A stretch of 64,000 nucleotides of DNA, from the NCBI GenBank assembly GCA_009103225.1, contig RHPI01003156.1:1050159-1114158 (forward strand). Reading direction: 5' to 3'. Positions 23,721-37,664 of this stretch are shown piece after piece; the first letter of the stretch is position 1; the number at the start of each line of letters is the position of its first letter. Position numbers and translations under genes: made by a program. Origin of the DNA: Chlorokybus atmophyticus. Lineage: Eukaryota > Plantae > Mesostigma and Chlorokybus algae. Below the pieces are notes generated by a model, which was not told where the DNA came from, did no database searches, and worked only from the letters and a program-made list of their open reading frames with translations.

Positions 23721-26700
23721 CTATCTGCGCCTGGTCCTTTTTGCTGAGATGAACGCCTGCCCACTCTCTAGCAACACCTTCAGCTCCCTACTCCCGCCTG
23801 CCTGCCCAATCTCCGCAAAGAAGGCGGACGCAGCGTGATCAACCACGGGTTGATCCGCCATCTCCTCATCACCATCAACAACAGGCAACCCTTCGTGCCC
23901 GTCCTCAACTGCATCGCGTGCTCTAACTCTGAGCTCTGAACTATGTTTCGCCTGCTGCTGTGCAGATGCTTCCGGGGAGGTGTTATCTACAGCATTCGGG
24001 GGGAACAAGGATGGTGCGAGCTGTTTCTTTGCCTTGGGTGCTTTGGTGGACAAGTTCTGCTGCTGCTGTTGTTTTGATGTGGGCATGTCGACACCATCCA
24101 TGTTGGCCATCAAGCTGCGGTTGCGTGCTGCGAACGCGGTGGAAGGCGCCGGCGCATCTCTATGTGCCGAGACCAGGGACGCTGTGTTGTGGTCTTCACC
24201 TGAGCTGCTTGGCTCTGCTGCATCGTCGCTGCCAGGGGGAATGCGAACCTTGGCGCTCAGCTGCTGCTGCTGCTGCTGCTGCTGGGCGATGCGGCTCTTG
24301 GCTTCAGACAGGGATGAGTGGAGCACAGTGAGATTGTTCACCAGGGCATGGTCCACGCATCCACGTGGGGTGTTGGCGGGCGTGCGGCCGCAGTTCAGCT
24401 TAATGTCGACAGTCAGCAGATTCGAGTGCTTTTTCAAAAAAGAGTTGATGGCAGCTTCTGGCCGCGCCAGCGCCTTTCTGTTTTCAGCAAAGCGATCATA
24501 CTCGTCCAGTGCAGCCAGGGCTGCCGGGACATCCGCTGTGGCCAAAGCAACAAACAAAGTGGCTTTGACATACTCCTGCTGCAGTCGCCCTGTGTCAATC
24601 AAGCCGCAAAGCTTATTAAACACAGTGGCTGCCATCTGCGAAGCGGTGGTGTCCACGTCGTCCTCCCAGTTTGGCTGAGTTGCAGCCCGGTCAGAAAACT
24701 GCTGAGGCGTGTTGGGTTCTGAATGGCCCCTCCATGCATGCGATGCTGCATGCGCATGTGAAAAGGGCGGTGAAGCTAGCGACGATGGCTCCAGTGGCGG
24801 CATGGCTGGCGGAGGGCCTGAGGGTAGCGGCGGCGCCAGGGGTATCTGGGCGCTCGGCGTTGGTGGCAACGAGTCGGGTGCGGACGGCCGTGCCCGTTTC
24901 GAGCGAGCATGGCTGCTCTCCATGGCTTGTGCGGGCAGAATGCCAGTGCGCCGGTAGTAGTCCTCTTCATCCTGAGTCCAGTGATACCGGCGGCACGTGC
25001 TGCCGTTGCACTTGCCAAGTAGTGACTCCAGGCACAGGGCATCAGCCTTCATGCCGGTCACAGCAGGAGCGTGGAAGTATTTGCAACTTGCCGAAGACTT
25101 CTTGCAGCGCCCGTGACGCATGGTGTCAAAGCACAACGGCTTAACGCCATGTCTGTTGTTGCGATCCCATGGAGGTAAGGATGCATTGGCTGGCTCCTCC
25201 ACTCGGGAAGGTGGTGCATGTTGTGCATGTGGCGGTGCATGGTACTTGACAGCTGGCACATGATGGTTGTACTGTTGCGAGTCGTGATGACTAGACGGAG
25301 CGTAATGATGCTGATTGTAATGTGGGGCTTCTGCTGCATGCGCGTCATAAGAGGGCATAAGTTGGCTCCAAAGCTGCTGCTCTTGACCTGGGTGCATGAC
25401 AGCATAGGGTTCTGAAGCAGGCGGGGCAGGAGTGTCACGTGCAGGCGCATGCGTGTCGGGAACAGGCATCTGAGGCTGAGGCTGCTGGGATGAGGCTGAC
25501 AGTACTTCATGAGGGGCAGTAGTAATGCGAGGAGGCGGGCTTGGTGCCTGCACTGCCTTCTCCCAATCATACGGTGCTTCGGGGTGGAGACCAAGGCGCT
25601 GTTGCAGAGCTGTTATTCTGCCGCGAATCAAAGCATAATCTGGTTCATCTTCATACTTCAGGCCGCGCAGATAATGGAATATTGCACAAAGCTCCTCTGG
25701 TAAAGCCTCACCCTCTCCACGAGCCAAGCTTGCAGGGTTTTGGTTGTAGAAATCCTTCAGCGACTTGACCCGCTCTTTATTTTCAATGGAAGATCGCCAC
25801 GGAAGATCGCCCTCCAGCAGTTCTACCAGCAAGTACACAAAAGACCACAGATCGTCTCTTCGCCCCAGATCTTTACACGCGTGGGCGTTCACTGATGCGA
25901 ATGTGGAAGTGCCTCGAAACTCTGCCGATTCTCGCGCAGGCTGCACAGCACCATCTTGATTGATATACCTCTTCGACAGCCCGAAGTCAATAGCAAAAAC
26001 GTTGCTCTTCTTTTCTCCCACCCCAATGACAAAATTGGAGGGTTTCACATCGCGATGCAGAAACCCGCGGGTGTGCATGTCCCTGCACCGCAGCGTGCAT
26101 GTCAGAAATACATGAGAACACAGGCCCATGCAGCATGGTCAATAAAAGCAGTTGATGTAGGTAGCACAATCACATTGACCGTGAACACATTCACGTCCTC
26201 ACCTAAGAGCCTCCAGTACTTGCGTTCCCAATCGCAGTGTGGTTCCCGTGCTGAAGCGATAGCCTTTCGCCTTGCGGCGCAGGTCAGAAAGGCTGTCACC
26301 CAACAACTCCATAGCAACATAAAGGTGGCTATCATGAGACCCCGAGTGCACGAGCCTGCCAGCAGAGAGAGGGTCCTGTCAGCCACTCTAATGACCACAG
26401 ACTGATCACAACCCTCAGCTTGCCTGCAAACGTGTTGAGAGTCTTGAAGCTTGCGAAGCACAGTCGACTCCCAGCGCAGCACCATCTCCTGCTTTTCCAC
26501 CTTCAGTGCAACGAATGTATGTCCTTCCAAAGGCGTCAGGTCCCTGCACCTGTACAGGAGGGTTTTGACGACACTGACAGTGGTGCAGGGCTGTCTGGCC
26601 ATGGCACAGTTGAGAAGATAAAGCGCACGACAGCACTGACCAACAAGCACGCGACCAGTAACAGCGTGTGCTCTCGGTTTTTTCAAGCCAACAAGCATTA

Positions 26701-27299
26701 AACGCTAGCAACTCCACGAAGCTGTTCGACATGCTGTGCCTAAGCTTGCCATGTCAGACGGCCAGACACCTCCACTGTCTGCTGGCTATCGACCACTGCT
26801 TCCAGTACTCGGCACTCGGCATTGTACTCTGTTAGGATTGCAGGGTGTTTTAGTAATCTCGGTGCTTACGCCTTGACCACAGTAATTGAGAACGCCAATT
26901 TGGAGCTCGTAACACAGCGCCCTCTTTGCTTCTAGTGCTTGCAAGTGCAACAAGCGTACTCATCTTGCTGCAGCTAGTCGACAACATAAGTCTCAGCGTC
27001 GATGCAGCGTGTGCAAGCTCGCTACAACCGCGTACAAGACAACAACTTCTCAACTGAGGTTCTCTTGTCTGCAAGGTTGTGGCACATGATCCCTCCTTTC
27101 ACTACATGCACGCAGCTGACAATGCGATGAATGAGTGCAGAGAAGCCAGAACTAGCAAGGTGTCTCCAAACCTGTAGATCTCGCTGAACGTGCCCTCGCC
27201 AATCTTCTTCTCCACCTCAAACCGGGAGTCCACGACGACCCCTCTGCGCAGCAGGGGCGTCTTATCCTTGCCAGCGGCCGGTGCTTCTCGCTCAGCCAT
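23721..27299 (-). CDS. Tau-tubulin kinase / CK1-family Ser/Thr kinase with a C-terminal tandem CCCH zinc-finger pair and a NURR-like helical domain
   Basis: MAEREAP...FEVEKKIGEGTFSEIYR; VALKVEK; HRDVKPSNF; IDFGLSKRY; AEFRGTSTFASVNAH; LGRRDDLWS...GDLPW (TTBK-like). Tail carries C-x8-C-x6-C-x3-H at about 25071-25134 and C-x7-C-x4-C-x3-H at about 24981-25036. Confidence 0.88.
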
Positions 27300-28175
27300 C
27301 CGGCCACTGGTGGCGATGACTACCACTTGAAAACAGCTGGCAGACTGCTCATCATCAACGCCACCATCATCATGACCACCAACACGCGGCCCAGCCACTG
27401 GGCTCTACCATCTGCCTGTCGGTAGAGCCCAGTGGCCTTAGACGTAACACCTCATACGTGTACTAGATACATATCTTTGTATATACTCCTCCCAACCCTC
27501 TGGACGACACCCCAGATCCCGCCTCTGCCGACGATGACGCCGCGGACGCTACCTCCGCCCAGCCCATGCCCGCACACAAACAACCCTAATTTGCCCCACT
27601 CCGGCCCGCCGCATACCGCAATCCGCAACCAGCCGTATGCGGCAACTTCCCCCAGCAGCGCAATTTGTGACTCTATATTGGAGTCACACATTGAGTGGGG
27701 AAACTGATTGAGTTTCAGACTTCATTTGCAATGGAATCTAGGTGGTGGATTCCACGTAAGCATTGTTGGCGGCAGTGTCGGTGTCGTAGTGGTAGTCGTG
27801 GTGGGCGGCGGCGAACCGGCGGTGGGCGGGCGGGCGGGCGGGCGGGCGAGGGGAGGCGGGACGTCGAGCGGTCATCTTGCGTGGGAATCTGTCAAGGCAG
27901 TGCTGGTGCTGGTGCAGGAATCACAATCAGCATGGCTGAGTAGCGCGTCCCCACAGCTTAGTTTGGTGGTGAGTGCGGAAGCTGCACTGCGGCCCCAAGC
28001 AAGCAGCAGGGAAGCGGTTTAACAGGTTCACAGCTGTCTAGCAAACGCTTCAGGAGGTTGTCTGTCAATAACGCTTGCAGACATGACGCTACAAAGGTGA
28101 TGAACTTGTGGAACAGCATCACTCGTCGATTGGTGTGGTTGGGTTCCAGCTCTCACTTGAGACATATTTTGCAGG

Positions 28176-29680
28176 ATGGGTGCAGGGTTGCTGCTTGCGG
28201 GCGTGCTTCTGCAGCTCTTTGCGGCATTTGGTTCCTCTGAAACGGTTGCCTGCACGCTCAATGTGGATACGCAGCTCAGCATTATCAATTACACCATCGT
28301 CATTCCTTCTTTGAGGTCACAAGGCACTCAGGAAGTCCCTGTGAAAGGTACTTTGCCCGTGGTGTTTTGTTTCCAAGGGCTCACTATCAGTGGGACGCCT
28401 TGCAACATTGTGTTAGTAGCATTGCAAGTGCGTTCCATCATGGTTGTCAAAGTCCGTTGGTTTTACCTTTAAATTCAGCGCTCGTTTTTGGGTTGGGTGG
28501 GCTTGGGGATAGTTTGTGTATGTGTGTGTCTCTCCACTCGATTTGTTGAAAGCTCACTTGTCCCCGTTTGCGCATGGTTCGGGAGAAGTGGGGGATTCCA
28601 AGTACCTCAATTGTCCTGTTGTAATGGATCAAGTATAACTGTCAGGCGTCAAAAGGACTTTCAAGCTTGGTTATGCATGCACCGCGCGAGGGGGGCGGGG
28701 AGATCATTATGCATGCTGGTGGTCTTCACCATGTCAGTACCAAGCGACTTTGCTCAAGCTAGTCACACTGCCTCGCCAGTTTGCGTGTGTGGGATTGTTA
28801 GCTTGACAACTCAGGTGATTGAGCAGGTGCTGTTGAGGCCTTCCTGGACGACCCCTTTGGTGATGCGCCAGGGATTCGCTTCAAGCATGCTGGCCTCGCG
28901 GCAGATGGCTTGGATCTTGACGTGGATCTCGGCGTTGTCTTCGGTGTTGCAACCGGTAGGAACTTGAGAGCTTCACAGCAGTGTGTTTGTGTGCATCATC
29001 TGCAACGTGTCCCATATATGTGGATGTAGTGCATTGGTGTACCTCAACTCTGATAACTTCTTTGTCGAGGTAGAGCACACTGTCGGTTAGTGTCCTTCTC
29101 AAGCTGATACTGCTTTCCTTCAGGCAAAGCAGGTCCAATCGGCGGCAATTTCACAGGCGGTCCAACCAGTGCTCAGCAGGTGACGCACGGGGGCAGCGCT
29201 AACGAGAGGACGATGGAGTTCAACCTGGAAGGGTTTATCCTCGCGCTAGACAATGGGACCATTGCCCTCTCAGGCACGCGAGTCGTTGGTTACATCATCG
29301 ACAATAAGACCATTGAACTGTCAACCGATCCGTTTATCTTTCCGCTCGAGCGCAATAAGTCAACACTCAAGATATCTCAGTCAACCACAAACGGCACCCC
29401 TGTCTATAAGGTGCGAAGTGTTTTCTGTTGTATGTATCTGTACTTGATAATAGCTTGTGTTTGTTCCCTCGGGCATGCAAGCCTGCTGCCCCGTACCCTT
29501 CAACCTTGCAGCAAGCAATGCATGTTTTTGTGGTTGTTGCAGGTGTCAATGACTGTTCCAGTCAAGTCGAGTGACAAGTTTGCGGACATACCATTGACCA
29601 CACTTCTGCAGCTAAGCGGTGTTATTTACTTCCAAGCAACATGTCCCGTGCCTGCTCTGGGATTGCATGCAGTATACTGA
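28176..29680 (+). CDS. Orphan secreted protein of about 200 aa, 3 exons (28176-28347, 29124-29410, 29543-29680)
   Basis: Hydrophobic signal peptide MGAGLLLAGVLLQLFAAFGSS. GT-AG introns with compatible phases join VPVK|GKAGPIGGNF and TPVYK|VSMTVP. Beta-strand-like alternating pattern and several N-x-S/T sequons. Confidence 0.6.
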
Positions 29681-29930
29681 AGTACTGAGCGTTTCGTATA
29701 GAATCTGAGCAAATGTAACATTCGTCTGCCATTGTCCAAAACCAATGTTCAGCAGTTACTCAAGAGCTGCCTACTGCTGCCTCCATAACATGGTTGATGC
29801 CGTACCAGTCATTGGGATAACCATCTAGGCACGATCAGGTCAGATCCCGTACTGTTCTGGTGCTGGTATAATTCAGCAACATTTGGTAAGGAGTTGTGGC
29901 AACGATCTTGATCGCAGCCTCAAGAGGGGG

Positions 29931-30256
29931 NNNNNNNNNNNNNNNNNNNNNNNNNNNNNNNNNNNNNNNNNNNNNNNNNNNNNNNNNNNNNNNNNNNNNN
30001 NNNNNNNNNNNNNNNNNNNNNNNNNNNNNNNNNNNNNNNNNNNNNNNNNNNNNNNNNNNNNNNNNNNNNNNNNNNNNNNNNNNNNNNNNNNNNNNNNNNN
30101 NNNNNNNNNNNNNNNNNNNNNNNNNNNNNNNNNNNNNNNNNNNNNNNNNNNNNNNNNNNNNNNNNNNNNNNNNNNNNNNNNNNNNNNNNNNNNNNNNNNN
30201 NNNNNNNNNNNNNNNNNNNNNNNNNNNNNNNNNNNNNNNNNNNNNNNNNNNNNNNN
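29931..30256. other. Assembly gap (326 N) flanked by G runs
   Basis: N run with GGGGG before and GGGGGGGGG after. Confidence 0.99.
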
Positions 30257-33200
30257 GGGGGGGGGCAACTTAGTGCTCTATGACGAGCGGAGCAAGTGTG
30301 CTTGCCAGCACCGCGCAACAACGGAAGTTGATGGACATCAATACCAACATCTCAACAAGGTTCTTGGGCTTTTGTGTGGCAAGGTTTAGCAACAATAAAG
30401 TTTGCACATGCATGTATTGTGTAGGCGTGCTGCATCGATTGCAACTTGCAAATGATGTTGCACGACATCAACTCTGTATGATGATAAAACTGATAAACCT
30501 TTTCAAATCAAATGCATGGATTTTGTAAGTGCAACATAGATATCGTTGCCATGGATAAGTATTGAAGCTCATGCGTAAATCCACTACCATATGCATATAC
30601 ATAAATACTATGATAGACACGTTTTAAATCATGAATCATTGCTTGATGTTATTCTCGATTAAGTAGATCATCATCTCGGATGACACTGTCGCATAATATA
30701 AACTTCGCGAGTATCAGTGACATTGCATAACGAGCGTACGCCCGCACAAAGTTTGTGCTACAAACCGCACCTCCACACTTTGCTTGCCTTTTACTGCACT
30801 AAATAGCATGCACACATGCCATCTGGAAAGCAATGGGTCCTTTAGTAATCAGCAGCAGCACGCACATATACAAGCCATCAAAGTACAAGCACAAACAAAT
30901 TACACACAACAATCAAAGCAAAGGGGGCTCGTTCCAGGTGCAAGAATTGGGCGAGGCAAGCAGAGCAGGCAAGAATTGTAATGACGCTAGTTCTTAAGTG
31001 TTTATGCATTGTAGATTAGTGAACTCATGGGCTGATTGACGGTGGTAATCATTTAGTCAATTAATATAAAAAGTTATATGCACGTGAAAACGCTAAGTGT
31101 TAAGTAAAAAAAGGGCACACGTGAGTGGCTTTTATAACGCCACACGCGAGCGAACTCACCAATGACGGCGGAAGTCATTTAAAATATAAATAACTCAGAT
31201 GGTGGGGACAGCCCTGCCACCACTACCCCATGATACGGCATAGATGTTTAAGCATATATTGGCGTAAGCGGCCAACAAATTGAGTTCAACTAGTTAGCCA
31301 AAAAGAGAAATTGGTTATACCCTCGTACTGAATATGGGATAAGCATTTGGATGGATGACACTTGGTAACTACTCGTAGCAGGTACTGCTGCCGGGATCAA
31401 GAGTGGGGCTCGACTCGGACGTGTATTGCTATGAGAGTTATAAAAGGTCATGCACCGCGAATAGTAGGAACCCAAGATGGAACTACCGCGACGTTACATA
31501 TGTTTCAAGCATTGCAAAGGGCAGTAACTTGCCCGTGATGTTGCAAGAAGCAGCAACTTGCATTTGCAAACCCACGATCACAGAAATAAATCCTTTGTTG
31601 AATTGTCACTACGTTTTTACCGGTTCGTGAGGTTGCACGGATATAACGAATGCCGCTTAAGAAGGTACTAGGTTTGGGTGAGCAAGGACAGGCTTGTTAA
31701 GGACAGAGTTTGAGAAGTGGAGCCCTTCCATGGACGCAGCTAATCCTTTCGCTAACTAGTTCTAAAATGATACTTGGCGTGAGTAGATGGTTCTCGGCGT
31801 GTGTGGATGCTGCAGCATCTGCACTTGGGAGCAACCTTTCACGTGCCAATGCTGTCCTTAAAAAACAGGTAGGTGCTCCGATCGCAAGGATACGACGAAT
31901 TAGGCTAAGGCTTAAGTTGGGACTTGATGGTAGTGATAAGAATAAACGAAATCTCTACTTAGGTTCCGAGGTTTTAGGGGGTCTGAATCCTCCTGCTGTG
32001 ATGGGAAACCGCGGTAAGAGGTTAGCGTACGACGAGTCAATTAGGTCAGAACCGAATTGACCCTAGCACCCAGTCTACTTGGAGGAGGATACTCATAAAA
32101 CTCTAGGCGGGAGGGATTAAGCGAAATCGCTATCATCTTAAGTTTCCCCGTCAAGCAAATTGTTGTGAAAAGGCATTGGCTAGCTTTTTAGCGGCGCACG
32201 CTAGCACTAATGTAGCTCGCTTCCCACGCCCGCAAAAGGAATTAGCCATTTTAAAAACATATGTGGATTCGTGGAGACGCAAATGCACGCCCCAAAAAGT
32301 CGGATTTTAAATAATCGAGATTGGGAGATAATCAAAACTTCAGTAGGGTTCTTTATCTCCCTTGCCGCCGACATTCTCGGGTGGTGAAGCGCTTTCCCGC
32401 ACTTGGAAGTTTAAAGGGCGTAAGCCCTTCTCAAAAATTCGAGTGATAGTTGACTACGTGAATTCAGTGAACTAACAAGCTGAATTGGTTAGTGAAGCAT
32501 TGACCGCATTTGCAAGTCGCAAATTTTGAGAAATTGGAGAATTTGGAGAAATTCGGGGAAGGGGTGTACCTATAGAGGGAGCGCATATGATCAGAGCCAG
32601 AGGTTAGGCTCATGCGTAAGGAAAATAGAGGGGCCCACAGTCAACATACACACCGCACACAAGCCATCACATTAACCAGCAACACCACAACAACTGCATG
32701 CATGCAAGTATATTGCAAATTGTAATGTAGCTGAGGAGCTGCGCTTCCCAACCATATACGGGCATTTGTTGTATTTGTCAAGGTTGTCTACCATGTTCAG
32801 TCATATTGCTGATCTTGGCTGCTTGCATACAATCACATACCAACCCAAGGCCATCATTCTACCGCATGTGCTTGGTACATGAAGCAATGTTTGTGGACTA
32901 TCTGGAGGAGGTGTTGTCGTGGCTGGCATGACTGGCATAGCATGGCTATACGGTATACGGTATAAGCATAAGTAAGCCGCACGTGAGTGGGCCACCCTGG
33001 AGCGACGTACGGGAGACTTTTGCGACTCGGTACAGCGGAAATAGCTGAAAAATAAAAGGTCCGTTCCAACCCTAATTTGTAGCTAACCCTAAACAGTGCT
33101 TTGGGGGCCGGCGTGGTGGCGGTGGGCTTTGCTGGTGTCATGCACGATGGCGGTGGCGTGGGGCTGCGATGGATACCGCTGATAATAGGCATTGTCCAAT

Positions 33201-33341
33201 CAAAGCGACTGGAGACAGACACTGTGCTAAATCGTCTCAAGAACGGGCATGTGGTGCTGCCTGTAAGTAAGAGCCGCAGTGGTAGATGCAGCTAGCAGTG
33301 CACCTGGTGGTGGAGGTGGCACAGTCGGTGGCGGCGTCAAA

Positions 33342-36300
33342 ATGACACGCCGGGCGTACAGACTACGTATCCTCTTTGACCAATCTGTCGTGCTGTAGAG
33401 TGTTATATCTAGTGCTGTGATTGGCAGTTTGCGACTCTCTGTTTCGTGTGCTGCTTTGGCTTTGTCATTTGAGCAAGCAGCTTAGTACGTTGTCCACGAA
33501 TGGCAGTGCTCACGTTAGTCATGTACAGCGCTGTCTTGATGGTCGATTGTTGCTCGCATGCTTGTGTGCACCGATAGACAGCTTGTTTCGTGATCGACGG
33601 TTTTCTCCTTGACCTGCTGTCTGGCAGAGGAGTTCTCGGCGCATTCCGGCACTGTGAACTGCCTGAAGATCGGACGCAAGTCATCAGGCGTTCTCGTCAC
33701 AGGCGGAGATGACAAGAAAGTTAACATATGGGCTATCGGCAAGCCCAATGCGATCATGGTAAGGCGTTCTGCAAGTGACTGCATGTCACCTTTTGCTTTA
33801 CAACGTCTGTATTTCTCAATATGCAATGTGTTAGATCTCAGTCATCACCATGTGTCCGTGTCAGATTGGATCGAGCTGTCACTCTACTTGATAGCTCGTT
33901 ATGTGTAGTGCACGCGCATGTGGTTGATCAGATCACCAAGTATTGCCGTGAGTGAGCGACCAGTGGCACAGTTTGAGCAGTACCTGCTGTGCAAGTCACT
34001 CTTCTTTGTGTAGCATATATAGCATGCAAGTAGTATTATTGTTGCTGTTTCACAAGGTATTGTTCTGCCGCCCAGAGCCTAGCAGGGCACACAAGTCCAG
34101 TGGAGTGTGTGACATTCGATAGTGGTGAAGAAGTAGTCGTTGCCGGTTCATCTGCTGGAACACTGAAGCTATGGGACTTGGAAGAAGCAAAAGGTATGTC
34201 ATTGGCAATCGCAAGCATACACATTCTGAGCATGCACATGGTTTAGTTTTGAGTTCATTCATTGCTACACTCTCACTAAGCGATAGTTTTCTGATATGTT
34301 TATCTTTGTCAGTGGTGCGTACACTGACGGGGCATCGGTCCAACGTTATTTCGGTTGATTATCATCCGTTTGGGGAGTTCTTTGCCTCTGGTTCATTGGA
34401 CACTAACTTGAAGATATGGGATATTCGGCGAAAGGGCTGCATACACACGTACAAAGGCCACACGCGAGGAGTGCAGTGCACGCGTTTCAGCCCTGATGGC
34501 CGATGGGTTGTCTCTGGCGGGCAGGATGGAACTGTCAAGGTATTTTTGTGTATGAGTCGTGATTGGCACTAAACGTCAACATGCATAAAGCCTTGTTTTG
34601 GTGACATTGTGCAGCCATTGTGTCACAGCGCTGCCACCCATCCTTATGTAGCCACAGCATGCCAGATAGTGTTGATGGAGGCGTTGCTGTTTGACCCCAG
34701 TGTGGGTGTTCAAGCACCGCATGATGATTGCGTTGAGATTGCCAGTGTCCAAAGTGAGAACGTATGTACAGCTTTGGGATCTTACTGCCGGCAAGCTGAT
34801 GCATAACTTCAAGGACAATGACGGACCAATCACGTCCCTGGACTTCCATCCGCAAGAGTTTTTGCTCGCTACAGGTTAGGAAACATCGCGCTTAAGCCAG
34901 CATGTCTTAGCTCTATAGTTAATGCACGTGCATTGACTTGAGCTGCATTAACTCGGGTCTGATACGATCTTGTCCCCAGCCAAACTGACAACATGCATTA
35001 TCCTTGCCAGGATCCAGTGACAAGACATGCAAATTTTGGGACCTGGAGACGTTTGAGCGTGTTGCTACCGCTGGCCCTGAGGTGTGCATGTTGGGCCATT
35101 GGTTCGTTCTGCAATAGTGCCGCTGATTGCAATGTGCCAATGGCAGGCTACTGGGATACGTGCGGTTCTGTTTACTCCAGATGGCAAGACGCTTCTGGGA
35201 GCTTCCCAGGAGTCTGTTAAGGTGCACTCACGCGTTGGCAACGCGTTGGTTGATAAGCCGCTAATCACCGGTGCCTGGCAGGTGTGGTCATGGGAGCCGC
35301 TGCGCTGTTACGACTCCATGGAAGCAAGTTGGGGAAAGCTTGCTGACATCAGTTTGTATGATGGCAAGCTGCTGGGCTGCGCATTCCAGCAAAGCTTTGT
35401 TAGCATCTGGATTGTGGATTTGTCGGTGAGAGGCAGCATATCGTTGTCTGCATCGAAGCTGTGAGTTAGTACATGCAAATGACTGCGAGGCATGCTTGTG
35501 ATGCAGAAACTATCACCATTCTGCGTGGATCGGCGGGCCTCCGAGCAGGATTCTATGCTGTCAGGGCTGGGAAACTTGAAGTTCCCTCCTGAAGCAGTAA
35601 GCTCCCCAACACCGAGACCAAAAGGTATCAAGGAAGAGCTATAACTGTCATACAGTCACCAGCATGCACTCTAGAGCCAACATGAGTTACTGTCTCAGTG
35701 TACTCAACACTTACATCCAGTTGTCTTAACAGTTGGGAATGCCAGCTTGACAGCTAGGAGATGGACCGATGCACCACCTTCAGTATCCGTTGCCATGAAA
35801 CCGTCTGCACAAGTTTCTCCGGATGTCTCTGCCGCAGGGCAACAGCGTGTTGCCAGGGCGATCGAGCTGCAAGCAGAGCACAAGGAGCGACGACCGACAC
35901 CTGAGCCACAAGTAGAGCACCGGCCCACAGTCGAGGAACCCAAAGTGGAAGGTGGCGCGGCGGTCGATTATCTAGCAGGCAAGCTGGCAGTCCTTCAACT
36001 GAGTGCACTAAGAGATGTTGATTTTGCACTTTGCACTTCAGTGCATGTCAGTGACTGCGTGACAGTTGTGTCACTCCGTGTTACCTTTTGACCATACTGT
36101 GAAGTGCAACTTCAGGAGGGATTTTATCGTGCATAGCACAGCCTGCATGGTATTCACCCGCATGTTGGCTACAGGCGATGCACATCATGAAGCGCCAGCA
36201 GTCAGTGCACACGTAACACGCAAAAGGAGCACGGATGTTCCAGTCATTGTCAAGACACCTTCCGGGACCCCGCGAGATGCAGATCGTCCATCCACGTCAG

Positions 36301-37664
36301 GTTGACTCTTCAAGCACCTGGTCTGACATTGCGATGCATGTGAAGTTAACGCAGCACGTCTTGACTTAGCAGGCCGTGATGAAGGGTATGATGATTTTCC
36401 CGTCAAGCAACCCCATCACAGCAATGGCCATTCAAGAGCCTCAAGTGCAGGAAGAGATTTTTACGAAGACAGACCTGTGGGCGGTGCTCAGCCATTGGGA
36501 TTGAACATCGAAGAGTTTCTGCCGGTAAAGATTGAGTTTGTTTTCCACTGGTTGTGGTCTGTCATGGGTGTCCGTCATGGGTGTGCTGAATGGAGGAGTG
36601 CATTGTTGTACTCAGCGCCATTGCATACTTTGTGTACAATGCTTGCTGACTCTCAGCCGCTTGACATCTGATGCTGGTATGCTACCTCAGAAACAAAACA
36701 CGAGGCCAGACAACGGTGCGTCAGACCTGAGTGACGAGGATGTCATCCAAAGGATGTTGCAACAGAATCGCACGATGGGTGCCATTCTGCGAACTCGTTT
36801 GACAAATTTACAGGTAGGCGTGCAAGCTGATTGTGCATACGCAGCTAGCGTCATGGGAACCCTCCATGCTTGAATGGTGTATGGCGCTGTATGCAGGTTG
36901 TCAGGACTTTTTGGTCAAAGGGTGACTTACGAGGAGCTGTGGATGCCATGCAGAAGATTGCCGAGCACTCTGTAAGCTCATAATCGTGTGTTTTGTCAAG
37001 TGTTGCTCAGTCTGACATGAGAATGTTTGCTACAGGTGTTGGTAGATGTTGTGAGTATGCTGGTTCAGAAACCAGATATTTTCACTCTGGAGATAACTGC
37101 GGCTATGTTACCTCTGCTGGTGGACTTACTTTCCAACACCCGGCATGAGAGGTCAGCGCACAGGCCAGCAGCTACTTCTTCATGCTCTCTGAAGTGTGCC
37201 CTTCTTGCAACTGTGTGTACTGGCTTGCACTCACACTGATGTGATACTTGCCAGATACCTACTGGTGGGAATATCTGCTGCCAGCATGTTGCTCAACAGT
37301 TTTGGAAGTGTGATCTCAAGCACGAGATATGCGTCTCCGTCAGTTGGCGTGGATCTCATGGCAGAAGCCAGGTGCTCTCCTTGTTTACTGCCGTCATGTT
37401 GGTGTTGAATGCATGAGTTAGTGCAACATGCGACCAAGGCTGATTGTGTCCAGGCTTGAGCGCTGCACTTCCTGCCATGAAAGCTTTATTGCAATGCAAG
37501 CACAGCTGGAGCGACTGAGCAGGTAAGCCGCACACCATCTGTTTATGTTGCGCATCTGTGTATCTGGCACCGGCGTTATTCGGTTGCATACTCTCTACAG
37601 ACAAGGTGGAGAGCTCAGCAAAGAAGCCAAAAAGCTGCTGGCGTCGATCAAAGAGATCCTGTGA
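33342..37664 (+). CDS. KATNB1: Katanin p80 WD40 subunit B1, multi-exon
   Basis: MTRRAYRL|[35 protein letters not shown]; WD40 repeats ([44 protein letters not shown]); C-terminal con80 domain (RLTNLQ|[11 protein letters not shown]...[12 protein letters not shown]|RLERC), ending SIKEIL*. Confidence 0.95.

Noticed and set aside
29873-30389. ORFs of 125-168 aa spanning the N gap
   Set aside because: They consist mostly of X residues from the gap.
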